Below, piece after piece: positions 28,401-38,060 of a stretch of DNA of 64,000 nucleotides. The DNA lies in NCBI GenBank assembly GCA_038227875.1, contig JBBRPR010000003.1, forward strand, positions 96,001-160,000, given 5' to 3'. The position numbers and the translations under genes are program-made. Numbering within the stretch: the stretch's first letter is position 1; every line of letters starts with the position of its first letter. This DNA comes from Planctomycetota bacterium (GTDB lineage Bacteria > Planctomycetota > SZUA-567 > H5-PLA8). The notes below the pieces were generated by a model. That model had not been told where the DNA came from and searched no databases. It was given only the letters and a program-made list of their open reading frames with translations.

Positions 28401-29579
28401 GACGGCGATGCGCTTACCTATTCCATCGTCACGCCACCCGCGCATGGAACGCTGAGCGGTGTGCTGCCCAATGTCACCTACACCTCTGGAGCCTACGCCG
28501 GCCCCGACAGCTTCACCTTTAAGGCCAACGACGGCGTCGCGGACAGCACTCCCGCCACGGTCTCGATCAGCCTGGTCGATCAGCCGCCCACCGCGTCGCT
28601 GACTGCAACGCCGACGATTCTCATCGAAGGACAGTCGGTCGACTTTATTTCCGGCGCATCCGATCCCGACGGAGATGCTTTGCCCTACGCCTGGGATTTC
28701 GGCGACGGCGGCAGTTCCACCGATGCCAACCCCGCGCATGTGTACGCGGCCGCGGGCGTCTACACGGCTACGCTAACGGTTACGGACACCGCTGGCCTGA
28801 CGGCGATGCAGAGCATCACCATCAACGTTTACCACGATTCCGACCGTCCGATCGCGCGCTTTGTTTCCAGCGATCTCAACGGCTACGTCGGCCAGCCGAT
28901 CGGTTTCGATGCGACATTCAGTACCGATCCGGCCAACCGCATCGTCTCGTATCTCTGGGATTTCGGCGACGGTTCGCCATCTGGAGTCGGGCAATTGATC
29001 TCGCGCGATTACACTGCGACCGGGACGTACACGGTGACGCTGACGATCACCAACGCCCAGGGGCTGACGGATACCACGTCGCTGACGATGGTCGTGCTGC
29101 CGGCGGCGCAGGCCGGGCTGTTCAGCGCGAACATCAAGTACAGCGTCAGTTGGAACCGCACGGCGCAGAATTCGGACACGCTGAGCCTGACTGCGACGGT
29201 GAACGCCGGCACGACCGTCGTGACCCGCTCGTCGCTGTTGTCGTTAGACGTGGTCGGCCAGACATTCAGCGGCACCTCGTCGACGAAGCTCTCGCTGTCG
29301 CGCGCGGCGCGCGGCGGCGTTCAAGTGAAGTGGCAGATCAAAGCAAACACGAAAAAAGGCGCGCCGAAGGGAACGTACGACCTGAAATGCGCGATCACGC
29401 ACGCGACGCTCGGCAATGCGTTCGCGCGGGCGGGAGCGACCGGCGTAAAAAATTCGACCACGAAGATTCCGATTCGCCTGGGCATCGGCGCGAGTTCATT
29501 CGAATCGTCGATCACGTCGCTATTCCGCTTCGGTGGCAACGGAGCGAAGGCCAGCGGCGGCGGGCAAGGGCCGAAGTAA
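25485..29579 (+). CDS. Large secreted multidomain protein (SbsA/Ig-like x3, LamG x2, cadherin-like Ig x2, PKD x2)
   Basis: Signal peptide; repeated RAGxDGVLGTADD and DGKFTGTFPSGDG; LamG motifs (WHHYAATYD, LDDVRVFNRAL); PDSFTFKANDG; WDFGDG twice. Confidence 0.85.
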   Translation: MYRITLMIVALTLCALPRALFALAASDMSPTPGTTLTTPPTSITVTLDQPPATGSVNAYSVRLVRAGADGVLGTADDLTILPAGISTSGTTITLDLTGVKLPNDQYQVTLVSGQSTTSGLVAHWKFDEGSGTTVLDSSGNGNSGALNSGATFTSTNLVLPGSAVKFDGVTGAIKVPQSASLEPALAVTVSMWGYITDTMGGGVGELLRKQTKDFGGYILRWNVDDGHIGWFICANNGSYWYSRDPQPNSNYLNAWHHYAATYDTATHLLDLYIDGTLRNSVSGGPAGGLDHTDDLYLMFRNNNTTNATPGTLDDVRVFNRALTAAEIQTLARVPITDSSGNPLDGKFTGTFPSGDGALTDFAATFTIAAPPLQVTALTPALNAVLAAPPASLVATLSKNVDPASVDGSSVRLIRAGPDGVLGTADDFSVPVTSVNASGGQITVDLTSTHVPNDLYQFKLLARRAGGLTFTDSQLVAIPDRPIYQVTDFTVEAWFRADAVPTSDEQIFFRADDRSGLDPFSLKLVSGGNVAFRIDTQSNSNFTVTSPAVVAQGSWVHAAGTFDSASKTLSLYVNGTLVGSAVADDLPVTTLSGANPGLAIGNIQSLLIRGPQGFQGEIRDVRLWNVARSQTEIAAAMSQTLTGAEAGLLGLWPVDEGSGQVVHDRTSNANAGTLGADASAGSDDPAWDPLTSAAVTDAAGNPLDGKFTGTFPSGDGTFADFTSTFTVAAPLLHVTALTVAPNAVLNAPPSSIVATFNKNVDPATANGNSVLLIGAGPDKTFGTADDVTISPSSLVASGNLVTINLNGQTAPGKYRLKFKSTPVSVTDLDGNLIDGEFVGTFPSGNGTAGGDFVSDFRINGLPVASAQALSLHSSTSLPIVLVATDGDNDPVSYSIVTAPSHGTLTGTPPNVTYSTSGYAGPDSFTFKANDGLADGNVATITINVTNNTPVAQAQTASVHSRVALPLALAATDADGDALTYSIVTPPAHGTLSGVLPNVTYTSGAYAGPDSFTFKANDGVADSTPATVSISLVDQPPTASLTATPTILIEGQSVDFISGASDPDGDALPYAWDFGDGGSSTDANPAHVYAAAGVYTATLTVTDTAGLTAMQSITINVYHDSDRPIARFVSSDLNGYVGQPIGFDATFSTDPANRIVSYLWDFGDGSPSGVGQLISRDYTATGTYTVTLTITNAQGLTDTTSLTMVVLPAAQAGLFSANIKYSVSWNRTAQNSDTLSLTATVNAGTTVVTRSSLLSLDVVGQTFSGTSSTKLSLSRAARGGVQVKWQIKANTKKGAPKGTYDLKCAITHATLGNAFARAGATGVKNSTTKIPIRLGIGASSFESSITSLFRFGGNGAKASGGGQGPK

Positions 29580-29821
29580 GGGCTCGTTGAATCTCCACCC
29601 AGCTACATTGTGGCGGGTTCGTCGGTGCGGTTGCGCCGGGAGCTCACGGAGATTGCGGCGGCGCTCGCGGCCAATCGGGGGCTGGAGTTGCTTAACGAGC
29701 AACAGGTCCGTGCGATTCGAAGCGGGTGTGCGCAGATGCAGAAACTGAGCGGGAATTACCTTCGAAACCGCGGCAAGGCACCTGAAAAAGTCCTCACGGA
29801 CACGTCAGGCCAATTGTTTTT

Positions 29822-30568
29822 ATGAAACAAGAAAAGAGTTCAGCTGTGTGGGACTTCCTCTTTCTCGGTTCCCTGGTTGTTCCCAAGTGGCGAGAATATT
29901 GGTGGCGTTACCTGCTGCTTCTTTTCATCGGAGTTGCGGTTCTCGGGTTGACCACTTTTCATAACGTTTGGCTGCACCAAAACGATGCTTCGTCGACCGT
30001 TAACTCATTCGGAATTACCTTACATCCGGATGATACCGTAGTGGACTTCCAAGAATTCATAAATGTTGTTTACCGAGCCACCCTGCTGATAATTTGGAGC
30101 GTGTACGTCCTGCTCGTCATCGCCATCTATGGTCCGCGCCGGTTTTGGCAAGCTGCAACTCGCGCCTCCATGAAAACGGTCGCGTGCTACATCGTTGGAG
30201 TTGGCGCTATGCTCGTATTTGGGGGATATCTGATTGAACGGTTCGGGGCTTACTCAGGAGATCCCACTAATCAGCGCACATCCACGACGGCACTATATCT
30301 TTTCAGCGTGATGGGTCCCCTCATGGAAGAGATGTTTGCGCGGTTCACTCTATTCCAGATGATACGCGCCAAGTTCCCCTTTTGGGTCGCGGCGACTCTG
30401 TCTTCGTTGGTGTTCGGCCTTCTCCATTTCGGTTACCCAGAGCCGATCAAGATGCTGATGGCCGGTATCTCCGGTATTTTGCTTTGCTGGACATACGAGA
30501 AGACGGATTCCATTGCTACGCCGATTGGTATCCACGTCCTGAATAATCTTTGGATGCTGCTGGGATGA
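29822..30568 (+). CDS. CPBP (CAAX protease/Abi) family intramembrane metalloprotease
   Basis: PLMEEMFAR, FGLLH and IGIHVLNN; lower GC than the flanks. Confidence 0.85.
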   Translation: MKQEKSSAVWDFLFLGSLVVPKWREYWWRYLLLLFIGVAVLGLTTFHNVWLHQNDASSTVNSFGITLHPDDTVVDFQEFINVVYRATLLIIWSVYVLLVIAIYGPRRFWQAATRASMKTVACYIVGVGAMLVFGGYLIERFGAYSGDPTNQRTSTTALYLFSVMGPLMEEMFARFTLFQMIRAKFPFWVAATLSSLVFGLLHFGYPEPIKMLMAGISGILLCWTYEKTDSIATPIGIHVLNNLWMLLG

Positions 30569-30642
30569 ATTACAGCGGGGGCGACTCCCGCAACTTAAGG
30601 GCGCAAGACGACAGCGGCGGGTGGAGACTTCGGCCACGCTTC

Positions 30643-30745
30643 GGCCACAACTCTTTCAGAGTTGGTCGCGTTTGGGAATTGGTAACCCAGGGTAGCACCT
30701 GCGGTGCAACCCTGGGCTTTGTAGCCGATGCCGCGTTGGGGCATT
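30643..30745. repeat. REP-like palindromic element between convergent genes
   Basis: Hairpins caactctttcagagttg (30648-30664) and cccagggtagcacc-tgc-ggtgcaaccctggg (30686-30716). Confidence 0.6.
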
Positions 30746-30774
30746 GGGGATGTACTACGTCTATCGCTTCTTCC

Positions 30775-32193
30775 CTACTTCTTTTCCGGCGCGGGGGCGG
30801 GGGCGGGGGCGTCTTGGGGCTTGGCGGGAGCTTTGGCTCCGCCTTCTTTGGCCGGGCCGATCACGATCGTGTGCGCGACGGGGACCACAGCGGCGCGGAC
30901 GTCGCTCTGGAGTTTCTCTTCCTTCGCGTAGAACTTCTTCTTCAGCACGTCGACGGCGGCGGTGACTTCGGCGTCGCCAGGGAAGGTGTTGGCCAGTGAA
31001 CCGAAGCGGGTGATGTTGTTCTTGATCATGTCGGTTTCGAAGTTCTGCTTCGCGGCGATCATGCCTTCGATCTTCGCGAAGGGCGCGGAGAACGGATTGT
31101 CCGGGAACGCGGCGGCCAGGTTGATGCCCTTCTCCAGATCGGCCTTGCTGAAATTCTTGAATTCCGCCCCCCACGTCACGCTCATTTCGTCGGCGTCGAC
31201 GTTCTTGACGATCAGCGTGAAGCGGTTGAGCTCGTCGTTGAACGGCAGCAGGCCGAGGATCGAGCGCGGACTCGCCGGGGACTTCGGATCGCCGCCGCTG
31301 AAGCAGTACGGGTAGCGGGAGCTCTGCAGATCGACTTTGCCGCCTTCGGACTTTACCACGGTGTGGCCTTCGCTGGCGGTGGTCTGGCCTTTCAGGTCGA
31401 CGGTGATCGTGCCGATCTCGCCGTCGAGACCCATTCCCTTTAAGAGGGAATAGGCCATGATCACATGGCCGTTGGGTCGCGGGTGGACGCCGTCCTGGCC
31501 GCAGACGTCGTATGCGTCGCCGAATTCGGTCTTGGCCTTGGCCATCACGTTGACCATCGTTTCGTGCAGGTCGGCGAAGGGCATGCCGGTACTTTCGGCC
31601 AGTGCCTTGTCGATGTCGCGCAGCTTGCCCAGCGTCTCGTTGTAGACTTTGGCCTGCTCGGGACTGTTGTGATAGTACTTCGTGTCCACGGCGCCCGGCG
31701 AGCCGATCACCACGACGGCTTCGGCCTTCTTCAGGCGCGAGACGATCTCCGTCATCGCCGCTTTGTACGTGTTGCCCGTGTTGTCATTGAAGGCGGTGTA
31801 GTTTCCATCGTTCATGCCGTAAACGGTGGTCACCACGGTCGGCTCAAAGGGCATCAGATCGTTGTTCATGCGATTCTGAAAGCCGGGCGCGCGTTCGCCG
31901 CTCCAGCCAAACTGCATCACTTTCAATTCGTACTGCGGCACGCAGAGGGTCAGGTAGGCTTCCATGAATTTGCTGTAGAGCTTCTGTTCGGTGATCGAGT
32001 CGCCGACGATCGCGACGTGACCGCCCTTTTTCAACAGCAGCTTTGCGGCGGCAGCTGGCGCGGCCGGAGCGGGAGCTGGGACTGGGGCGGGGGCCGGAGC
32101 AGGCGCGGGCGTGGGCGGTGCGTCCTCCGCGAAGACGCCGCCACAGGACAGCATGGAACCCAGCACCAAGGCTCGAACAGTTTGGAAATTCAC
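30775..32193 (-). CDS. Secreted SGNH/GDSL hydrolase
   Basis: Signal peptide; VGDSITEQ, GWSGE, YGMND and DGVHP; Pro/Ala linkers. Confidence 0.88.
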   Translation of the reverse strand: MNFQTVRALVLGSMLSCGGVFAEDAPPTPAPAPAPAPVPAPAPAAPAAAAKLLLKKGGHVAIVGDSITEQKLYSKFMEAYLTLCVPQYELKVMQFGWSGERAPGFQNRMNNDLMPFEPTVVTTVYGMNDGNYTAFNDNTGNTYKAAMTEIVSRLKKAEAVVVIGSPGAVDTKYYHNSPEQAKVYNETLGKLRDIDKALAESTGMPFADLHETMVNVMAKAKTEFGDAYDVCGQDGVHPRPNGHVIMAYSLLKGMGLDGEIGTITVDLKGQTTASEGHTVVKSEGGKVDLQSSRYPYCFSGGDPKSPASPRSILGLLPFNDELNRFTLIVKNVDADEMSVTWGAEFKNFSKADLEKGINLAAAFPDNPFSAPFAKIEGMIAAKQNFETDMIKNNITRFGSLANTFPGDAEVTAAVDVLKKKFYAKEEKLQSDVRAAVVPVAHTIVIGPAKEGGAKAPAKPQDAPAPAPAPEKK

Positions 32194-32249
32194 AGTCACC
32201 CCCAATGAAAAGTGGTTCAGGTAAATCGTCGGCCACCGAACAGCCAATG

Positions 32250-32314
32250 TTGAATTTTTAATTTTGAATTTTGAATTTTCCATCTGCAGCGCAATTTAAA
32301 ATTCAAAATTTAAA
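32250..32314. repeat. Inverted heptamer tracts (TTTTGAA/TTCAAAA)
   Basis: ttgaatttttaattttgaattttgaatt ... aatttaaaattcaaaatttaaa. Confidence 0.7.
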
Positions 32315-32316
32315 CG

Positions 32317-33075
32317 TCATCCCTTTAAGAACGCTTCTGCAATCCCAATGTCTTCCGGTCGCGTGACCTTGATGTTCCGGTCGCTGGATTCGATCAGCGC
32401 GACGGGTGCGTTGAAGTATTCGCAGATCGAGGCGTCGTCGGTGAATTCATGATTCGGAGCTTTGGCGGCGATGCGCTGAAAGAGGTCCAGGATCAGCGCT
32501 CGCTGGAAGACCTGCGGCGTCTGCGCCAGCCACAGTCCATCGCGCGGGACGGTCTCTTCGATCGCGACGGAACCGGGGACGGCGCGCTTGACGGTGTCTT
32601 TGACTTTGCAGGCGAGAATCGCGGCGCCGCCGCCGAGCGCCGAGACGCAGGCGTGGAGCATCGCGTCCTGAGCGGGAAAGGGGCGCGCGGCGTCATGGAT
32701 CAGAACAAGGTCGGCGTCGGGCTTCGTTGCGTTGAGACCGTTGAAGACGGAATCCTGCCGCCGCGCGCCGCCGTCGGCGAAGTCGAGCGAGACGTAGCGG
32801 GGCAGCTTCGCCAGCTTGGCGGCGTTCATCGCTCGCCGGCGGTCTTCGGGCCGGGTGACCAGCACGATCTGGCGCAGCTGCGGAATTTTGCCGAGCGCGC
32901 CGAGCGTCCAGGCGAGGATGGGCTTGCCCTTCAGCTTCAGATACGGTTTGCGGACCTTGCCGCCCATGCGCGACGAGGACCCGGCCGCGACGACGATCGC
33001 GGAACATTGAAACTCGGGAACTGCCGGCACCGCTGCTGCTTTGGTTTTGCTCACGAAATCATTTTTCCGAATCAA
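32317..33075 (-). CDS. ispD: 2-C-methyl-D-erythritol 4-phosphate cytidylyltransferase
   Basis: AAGSSSRMG, GGARRQDSV, IHDAARP, AQTPQVF, TDDA and NIKVT. The exact start is uncertain. Confidence 0.93.
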   Translation of the reverse strand: MIRKNDFVSKTKAAAVPAVPEFQCSAIVVAAGSSSRMGGKVRKPYLKLKGKPILAWTLGALGKIPQLRQIVLVTRPEDRRRAMNAAKLAKLPRYVSLDFADGGARRQDSVFNGLNATKPDADLVLIHDAARPFPAQDAMLHACVSALGGGAAILACKVKDTVKRAVPGSVAIEETVPRDGLWLAQTPQVFQRALILDLFQRIAAKAPNHEFTDDASICEYFNAPVALIESSDRNIKVTRPEDIGIAEAFLKG

Positions 33076-33695
33076 GAGTTACCGAAATTGCGGATGATCT
33101 GCAGGCCGGTGTTCTGGCTTTTCTCCGGGTGGAACTGGACGCCGGCGATGTTTCCCCGCCCCGCTGCGGCGCAGAACCGGAAACCGTACTCGGACCACGC
33201 CAGCACATCGGCCGGGTCGGTGGCTTCCGCGTAGAAACTGTGGACGAAGTAGACGTGGCTGCCTGCCGTCAGGCCGCGGAAGAGCGGCTGATTGCCGGCA
33301 ACTTCAAGACTGTTCCAGCCGATCTGCGGGACTTTCAAGGCGCTGCCGCCTTCGAACTGCGGGCCAGCGAATTTTCGCACGCGCCCCTTTAATAGGCCCA
33401 GGCCCTTGACGCCGGGGGATTCCTCGCTGCCTTCGAAGAGCATCTGCAGGCCGACGCAGATCCCCAGGAGCGGCTTGCCACTGGCGACGGCGTCCCGCAG
33501 CGGCGCGACGAAACCGTGCGATTCCAGATTTGACATGCATTCGCCAAACGCGCCGACGCCGGGCAGCACGACTTTCTTCGCCGACGCGAGGCTGGCCGGG
33601 TCGCTGACGAGATGGGCGTCAAAGCCGAGATGCTGAAAGGCCTTCTCCGCGCTGCGCAGGTTACCGATGCCGTAGTCGATGATCGCGATGTCCAT
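33072..33695 (-). CDS. hisH: Imidazole glycerol phosphate synthase glutaminase subunit
   Basis: IIDYGIGNL, LPGVGAF, GICVGLQ, YFVHSF and QFHPEKS. Confidence 0.95.
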   Translation of the reverse strand: MDIAIIDYGIGNLRSAEKAFQHLGFDAHLVSDPASLASAKKVVLPGVGAFGECMSNLESHGFVAPLRDAVASGKPLLGICVGLQMLFEGSEESPGVKGLGLLKGRVRKFAGPQFEGGSALKVPQIGWNSLEVAGNQPLFRGLTAGSHVYFVHSFYAEATDPADVLAWSEYGFRFCAAAGRGNIAGVQFHPEKSQNTGLQIIRNFGNS

Positions 33696-33812
33696 GATGG
33701 TGGAAGCGTACCCGAAGGCTGGCGGCGGGAAAAGTGGAGGGGAGAGCGGGGGAGGGGGCTCGGCCGCATCCTGACATGTACGATTCCTCCCTTTATTGTA
33801 ATCTGATGGACC

Positions 33813-34961
33813 ATGGCTAAGAAACCTGCACCTCAAGCCCTCTCCGCGCGCGATGCAAAATGGACGCGGGAGACGCTGCCGCGCGTCGTGCTGATCATCG
33901 GGCCGGAGACGACTCTGCGCGAAGATGCCATCGCGGCGGCCAAGAAGGCGGCGCTGGGCGAAGCGGGGGACGACACGGGAATAAATTGGATCGTCAAGCA
34001 TGGGCCGCAGAATCAGAACGATCCCGATACGCTCAAGCCCGCCGATGTCCTCGACGAACTCTGCACGGCGTCGATGTTCTCCTCGGGCGATGAAATCAAG
34101 GTCGTGCTCGTGCGCCAGGCGGACATCTTTCTGAAGAAGTACTTCGCGGTGCTCGAGGACAACTACAAGAATATTCCGAGTACGTCGACGCTGATCCTGG
34201 AAGCCAGCGGGTATGGCAACATGAAGTCGACGCGCTTCTACGCGCAGCTGGCGGAAAACCGCGGCGTGATCGACTGCGAATCGCTGGCGGGAAAATTCGG
34301 CGACAGCAGTGAGCTCGAGCAGGAAGTCAGCCGCCGCGCGCTGGCTCGCGGTCTGGTGTTGCAGCCGGCGGCGCTGATCGCGCTGATGAACCGCAGTGCC
34401 AAGACGCTGGCGGCCATCGACGAAGAGCTGAGCAAGCTGGCCCTGGCCTTGAAGCCCGCGGGAGAAGAAGGCGCGGGCGCGACGGGGATCAAGGTCTCGC
34501 AGGAGGACATCGAAGAAATCTGCGCCTCGACGGCGACGTTCAATGCTTTCAACTTCGCCGACGCGGTGCTGGAACGGAACGCGCGGCAGTCGCTGGAGAT
34601 TCTCGGCTCGCTGCTCGAGCGCGGGCTGGCAGACTCCGCCAAGCCGGGGAAGGTGATCTCCAATGAAGGCGCGATCGCGATCATGCTTTTCGCCGCGCTG
34701 AACTACAAGCTCTGCCAGCTGCAGGACATTCGCGCGATTCTCGACAATGGCTCAAGCGAAAACGAAGCGTACAAGGCGGCGAAAGTGCCGTACTTCCGGC
34801 AACAGGCGATGGCCGCGACGCTGCGCCGGCACACGGGAGCGTCGCTGCGCCGCTGCATGGACGCGCTTTTCCAGGCGAATCTGAACATGCGCATGGGCGG
34901 CGGCACTAATCCGCGCGACGTGATGGAAGAGATGGTCTGGAAAATCTGCAAGTCGAATTAG
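33813..34961 (+). CDS. holA: DNA polymerase III delta subunit
   Basis: LIIGPE..LRED, TASMFS..KVVLV, ELSKLAL and FNFADAVL; length 382 aa. Confidence 0.75.
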   Translation: MAKKPAPQALSARDAKWTRETLPRVVLIIGPETTLREDAIAAAKKAALGEAGDDTGINWIVKHGPQNQNDPDTLKPADVLDELCTASMFSSGDEIKVVLVRQADIFLKKYFAVLEDNYKNIPSTSTLILEASGYGNMKSTRFYAQLAENRGVIDCESLAGKFGDSSELEQEVSRRALARGLVLQPAALIALMNRSAKTLAAIDEELSKLALALKPAGEEGAGATGIKVSQEDIEEICASTATFNAFNFADAVLERNARQSLEILGSLLERGLADSAKPGKVISNEGAIAIMLFAALNYKLCQLQDIRAILDNGSSENEAYKAAKVPYFRQQAMAATLRRHTGASLRRCMDALFQANLNMRMGGGTNPRDVMEEMVWKICKSN

Positions 34962-34995
34962 AAATTCAAAAGTCATAATTCAAAAACGCACGCGG

Positions 34996-35592
34996 ATGGG
35001 GGCGGTCATGAGCCAGACGAAGATTTCTCTGCCTTACCCGGATGAGCACGTGGACATTGACGCGATTTACGCGACTCCGACGGTGGATCCGAGCGTGTGG
35101 ATTTCGCCCAACGCTGTGGTGAATGGGCGGGTGACGCTGAAGGCGCGGGCCTCGGTCTGGTACAACTGCGTGCTGCGCGGCGATAGCGAACGGATTGAAG
35201 TGGGCGAAGAGAGTAACATTCAGGACGGCTCGATTCTGCATGTCGACCAGGGCTATCCCTGCATCGTCGGCAAGCGCGTGACGCTGGGGCACAACGCGAT
35301 CGTGCATGGTTGCGAAGTTCACGACGGCGCGCTGATCGGCATCGCGGCGACGGTGCTCAGCCGCAGCGTCATTGGCGAAGGCGCGCTGATCGCGGCTGGA
35401 GCGTTGATCCTCGAAGGGACCGTCGTTCCCCCGCACACGCTCTGGGTCGGCTCCCCGGCCAAGCAGGTGAAGGAATTGACCCCGGCGCAGCGCGAACGAC
35501 TGGCGACCACCTATCGCCACTACGTCAATAATGGAGCGGTCTACTTGGCCCGGTACGGCCGCGCGCACATTGATGCGATGCTCAAAGCGTGA
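34996..35592 (+). CDS. Gamma carbonic anhydrase family hexapeptide-repeat protein
   Basis: VLRGD, SNIQDGSILH, LGHNAIVHGC and GSPAK. Confidence 0.9.
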   Translation: MGAVMSQTKISLPYPDEHVDIDAIYATPTVDPSVWISPNAVVNGRVTLKARASVWYNCVLRGDSERIEVGEESNIQDGSILHVDQGYPCIVGKRVTLGHNAIVHGCEVHDGALIGIAATVLSRSVIGEGALIAAGALILEGTVVPPHTLWVGSPAKQVKELTPAQRERLATTYRHYVNNGAVYLARYGRAHIDAMLKA

Positions 35593-35695
35593 CCCGTTTT
35601 TGTTAAGAATGATTTGTTGACGTGTATCCCATCTCGGTGCAAGTATAGTAAGGTTTCAACGACGGAATATTTAAAGGTTCCACGGGAGACTGACC

Positions 35696-37909
35696 ATGTC
35701 GGGCAAAGCTGAAAGGGCCGTTCGCACCACCATTGTAAAGGCATTGGAGCGCGAAGGGATCGGTTCGGACCACTTCAACAACCGCGAGCTGAGCTGGCTG
35801 GAGTTCAATTCCCGCGTCCTGGAAGAGGCTCGCGATCCCAGCGTGCCGTTGCTGGAACGCTTGAAGTTCCTCGCCATTTTCAGTTCCAATCTCGACGAAT
35901 TTTTCATGATCCGCGTCGCCGGCGTGAAGCATCAGATCTCCGCGGGCATAGAAGAAGTCGGCCCCGACGGGCTGACGCCGACGGTGGCGATGGAAGCGAT
36001 CTCCAAGCGCATCCATCAACTGACCAAGCTCCAGCATCTGTGCTTCAAAGAGGAGATCGGACCGCTGCTGGAAGCGCAGGGCATCCGCATCGTTCCTCCC
36101 GATCGGCTCGACGACAAGCAGCGCGAGTTCGTGCTTGATTACTTCAAGAAGACGCTGTTTCCCGTGATCACGCCGCTGGCGCTCGATCCGGGACATCCGT
36201 TCCCGCATCTGGCCAACAAGACGCTCTGCCTCGTGGCGCAGTTGAAGCCGTTAAAGTCGAGCGCGATTCCGTTCAGCAACACGGCGTTCATTCACGTGCC
36301 GAGCTCGGTGGTTAACCGTTTCATCAAATTGCCAGCGGGACCGGGGCAGCACGATTTCATTCTGCTCGAAGACGTGCTGCGCATGAACGTGATGCATCTG
36401 TTCAACGGTTACGAAGTGAAGACCTGTGTACCGATCCGCTTGACCCGCGACAGCGACGTGCTGATCGACGAAGACAACGCCGCCGACTTGATGACGATCA
36501 TCGAGCAGGGACTCCGCGGACGCCGGCGCGGTTCGGTCGTGCGCCTGCAGTACCACAGCGCGCTACCCGACTCGACGCTCGACACGCTCGTCGACCAGCT
36601 CGATCTGAAGGAATGCGATCTCTATCCCACCGACGACTTCATAGCCTTCTCCGATCTCTTCCAGCTCTATAGCGCGCTGGATCTGCCGGCCTTGAAAGAC
36701 GCGTCGTTTACGCCACAGCCGTCGCCGGCCTTCCAAGGCGCCGACCACGTCTTCGCGGCGATTCGCGAGCAGGATATTCTCGTTCATCATCCGTACGAGA
36801 ACTTCGATCCGGTGATCCAGTTCATCCGCCAGGCCGCCGACGATCCGAAGGTTCTGGCGATCAAGATGACGCTTTACCGCGTCGGCAACCACAGTCCCAT
36901 CGCGCAGGACCTCGTGCGCGCGGCGCTCAACGGCAAGCAGGTCGCGGTGCTCATGGAATTGAAAGCGCGCTTCGACGAAGAGGCCAATATCCTCTGGGCG
37001 CGGCGACTCGTCGACGCCGGCGCGCATGTCATCTATGGGCTGGTGGGATTGAAGACGCATTGCAAGGCCGCGCTGGTAGTCCGGCGCGAAGGCATGGGCA
37101 TCCGCCGCTACGTCCATCTCGGCACCGGAAATTACAACGACCGCACTGCGCGCTTGTACGCCGACTTCGGGCTCTTCACCACTGATGAGAAGACCGGCGA
37201 AGACATCACCAATCTCTTCAACATCATCACCGGCTATTCGCGGCCGCCGACGTTCCATCACATCGAAATCGCGCCGACCGGTCTGCGCACCAAACTGCTC
37301 AGCCTGATCCGCCGCGAAGTCGAGAACAAGAAAGCCGGCAAGGTCGGGCACATGATTCTGAAGGTGAACAATCTCCAGGATCCATTGCTGATCGCGGAAC
37401 TCTACGCCGCTTCAAAGGCCGGCGTGAAGATCGATCTGATCCTGCGCTCCGTCTGCTGCCTGAAACCGGGCGTGCCGGGGTTGAGCGAGAACATCCGCTG
37501 CGTCAGCATCCTCGATCGTTTCCTGGAACACACGCGCCTGGCGTACTTCCACAACGACGGCAAGCCGGAATATTACCTCGCGTCCGCCGACTGGATGCAG
37601 CGCAATCTCGATCGGCGTATCGAGCTGATGTTCCCAATCGTCGACAAGCGGCTGCATGAACACCTCTGGAGCTTCCTGCAGTTGCAGCTGGCCGACAACG
37701 TGAAGGCGCGGTTGCTGAAGCCCGATTGCACCAACACCCGCCTGCAGCCGGCCAAGGGCGCGCCACGTGTGCGTTCGCAAGAACGGCTGATCGAAGCGGC
37801 CATGGGCCTGGCGATGAACGGTCAATGGGGCAATCTCAAACCGGAATACGTCGCCTCGGAATCGAAGATCTCGTCGGCCGTCTCGTCGGAAACGCATCTG
37901 GCGAGCTGA
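35696..37909 (+). CDS. ppk1: Polyphosphate kinase 1
   Basis: NRELSWLEFNSRVL, NLDEFFMIRV, HHPY, ELKARFDE, KTHCK, GTGNYN, RFLEH and SADWMQRNL. Confidence 0.97.
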   Translation: MSGKAERAVRTTIVKALEREGIGSDHFNNRELSWLEFNSRVLEEARDPSVPLLERLKFLAIFSSNLDEFFMIRVAGVKHQISAGIEEVGPDGLTPTVAMEAISKRIHQLTKLQHLCFKEEIGPLLEAQGIRIVPPDRLDDKQREFVLDYFKKTLFPVITPLALDPGHPFPHLANKTLCLVAQLKPLKSSAIPFSNTAFIHVPSSVVNRFIKLPAGPGQHDFILLEDVLRMNVMHLFNGYEVKTCVPIRLTRDSDVLIDEDNAADLMTIIEQGLRGRRRGSVVRLQYHSALPDSTLDTLVDQLDLKECDLYPTDDFIAFSDLFQLYSALDLPALKDASFTPQPSPAFQGADHVFAAIREQDILVHHPYENFDPVIQFIRQAADDPKVLAIKMTLYRVGNHSPIAQDLVRAALNGKQVAVLMELKARFDEEANILWARRLVDAGAHVIYGLVGLKTHCKAALVVRREGMGIRRYVHLGTGNYNDRTARLYADFGLFTTDEKTGEDITNLFNIITGYSRPPTFHHIEIAPTGLRTKLLSLIRREVENKKAGKVGHMILKVNNLQDPLLIAELYAASKAGVKIDLILRSVCCLKPGVPGLSENIRCVSILDRFLEHTRLAYFHNDGKPEYYLASADWMQRNLDRRIELMFPIVDKRLHEHLWSFLQLQLADNVKARLLKPDCTNTRLQPAKGAPRVRSQERLIEAAMGLAMNGQWGNLKPEYVASESKISSAVSSETHLAS

Positions 37910-38060
37910 CCTGAAATAAGCGCGATGCTATTTTTCCTACTGGCGGATGGCTGAAAGCCGCCAGTTTGCCCACCTTTCTCCACCCGCATTCGAAAATCTG
38001 TTGCATCGTGCACATTGTGTGCCAAGATGACTTCTCGACTATGTTGGGGAGTCGCAGGCC

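Noticed and set aside
29590..29825. Small CDS upstream of the CPBP gene
   Set aside because: It has no convincing start, RBS or motif; it may be a gene remnant but I cannot support a call.
33727..33760. G-quadruplex in the hisH-holA divergent promoter
   Set aside because: Four G-runs are present, but such tracts are common in GC-rich DNA and nothing else supports a function.
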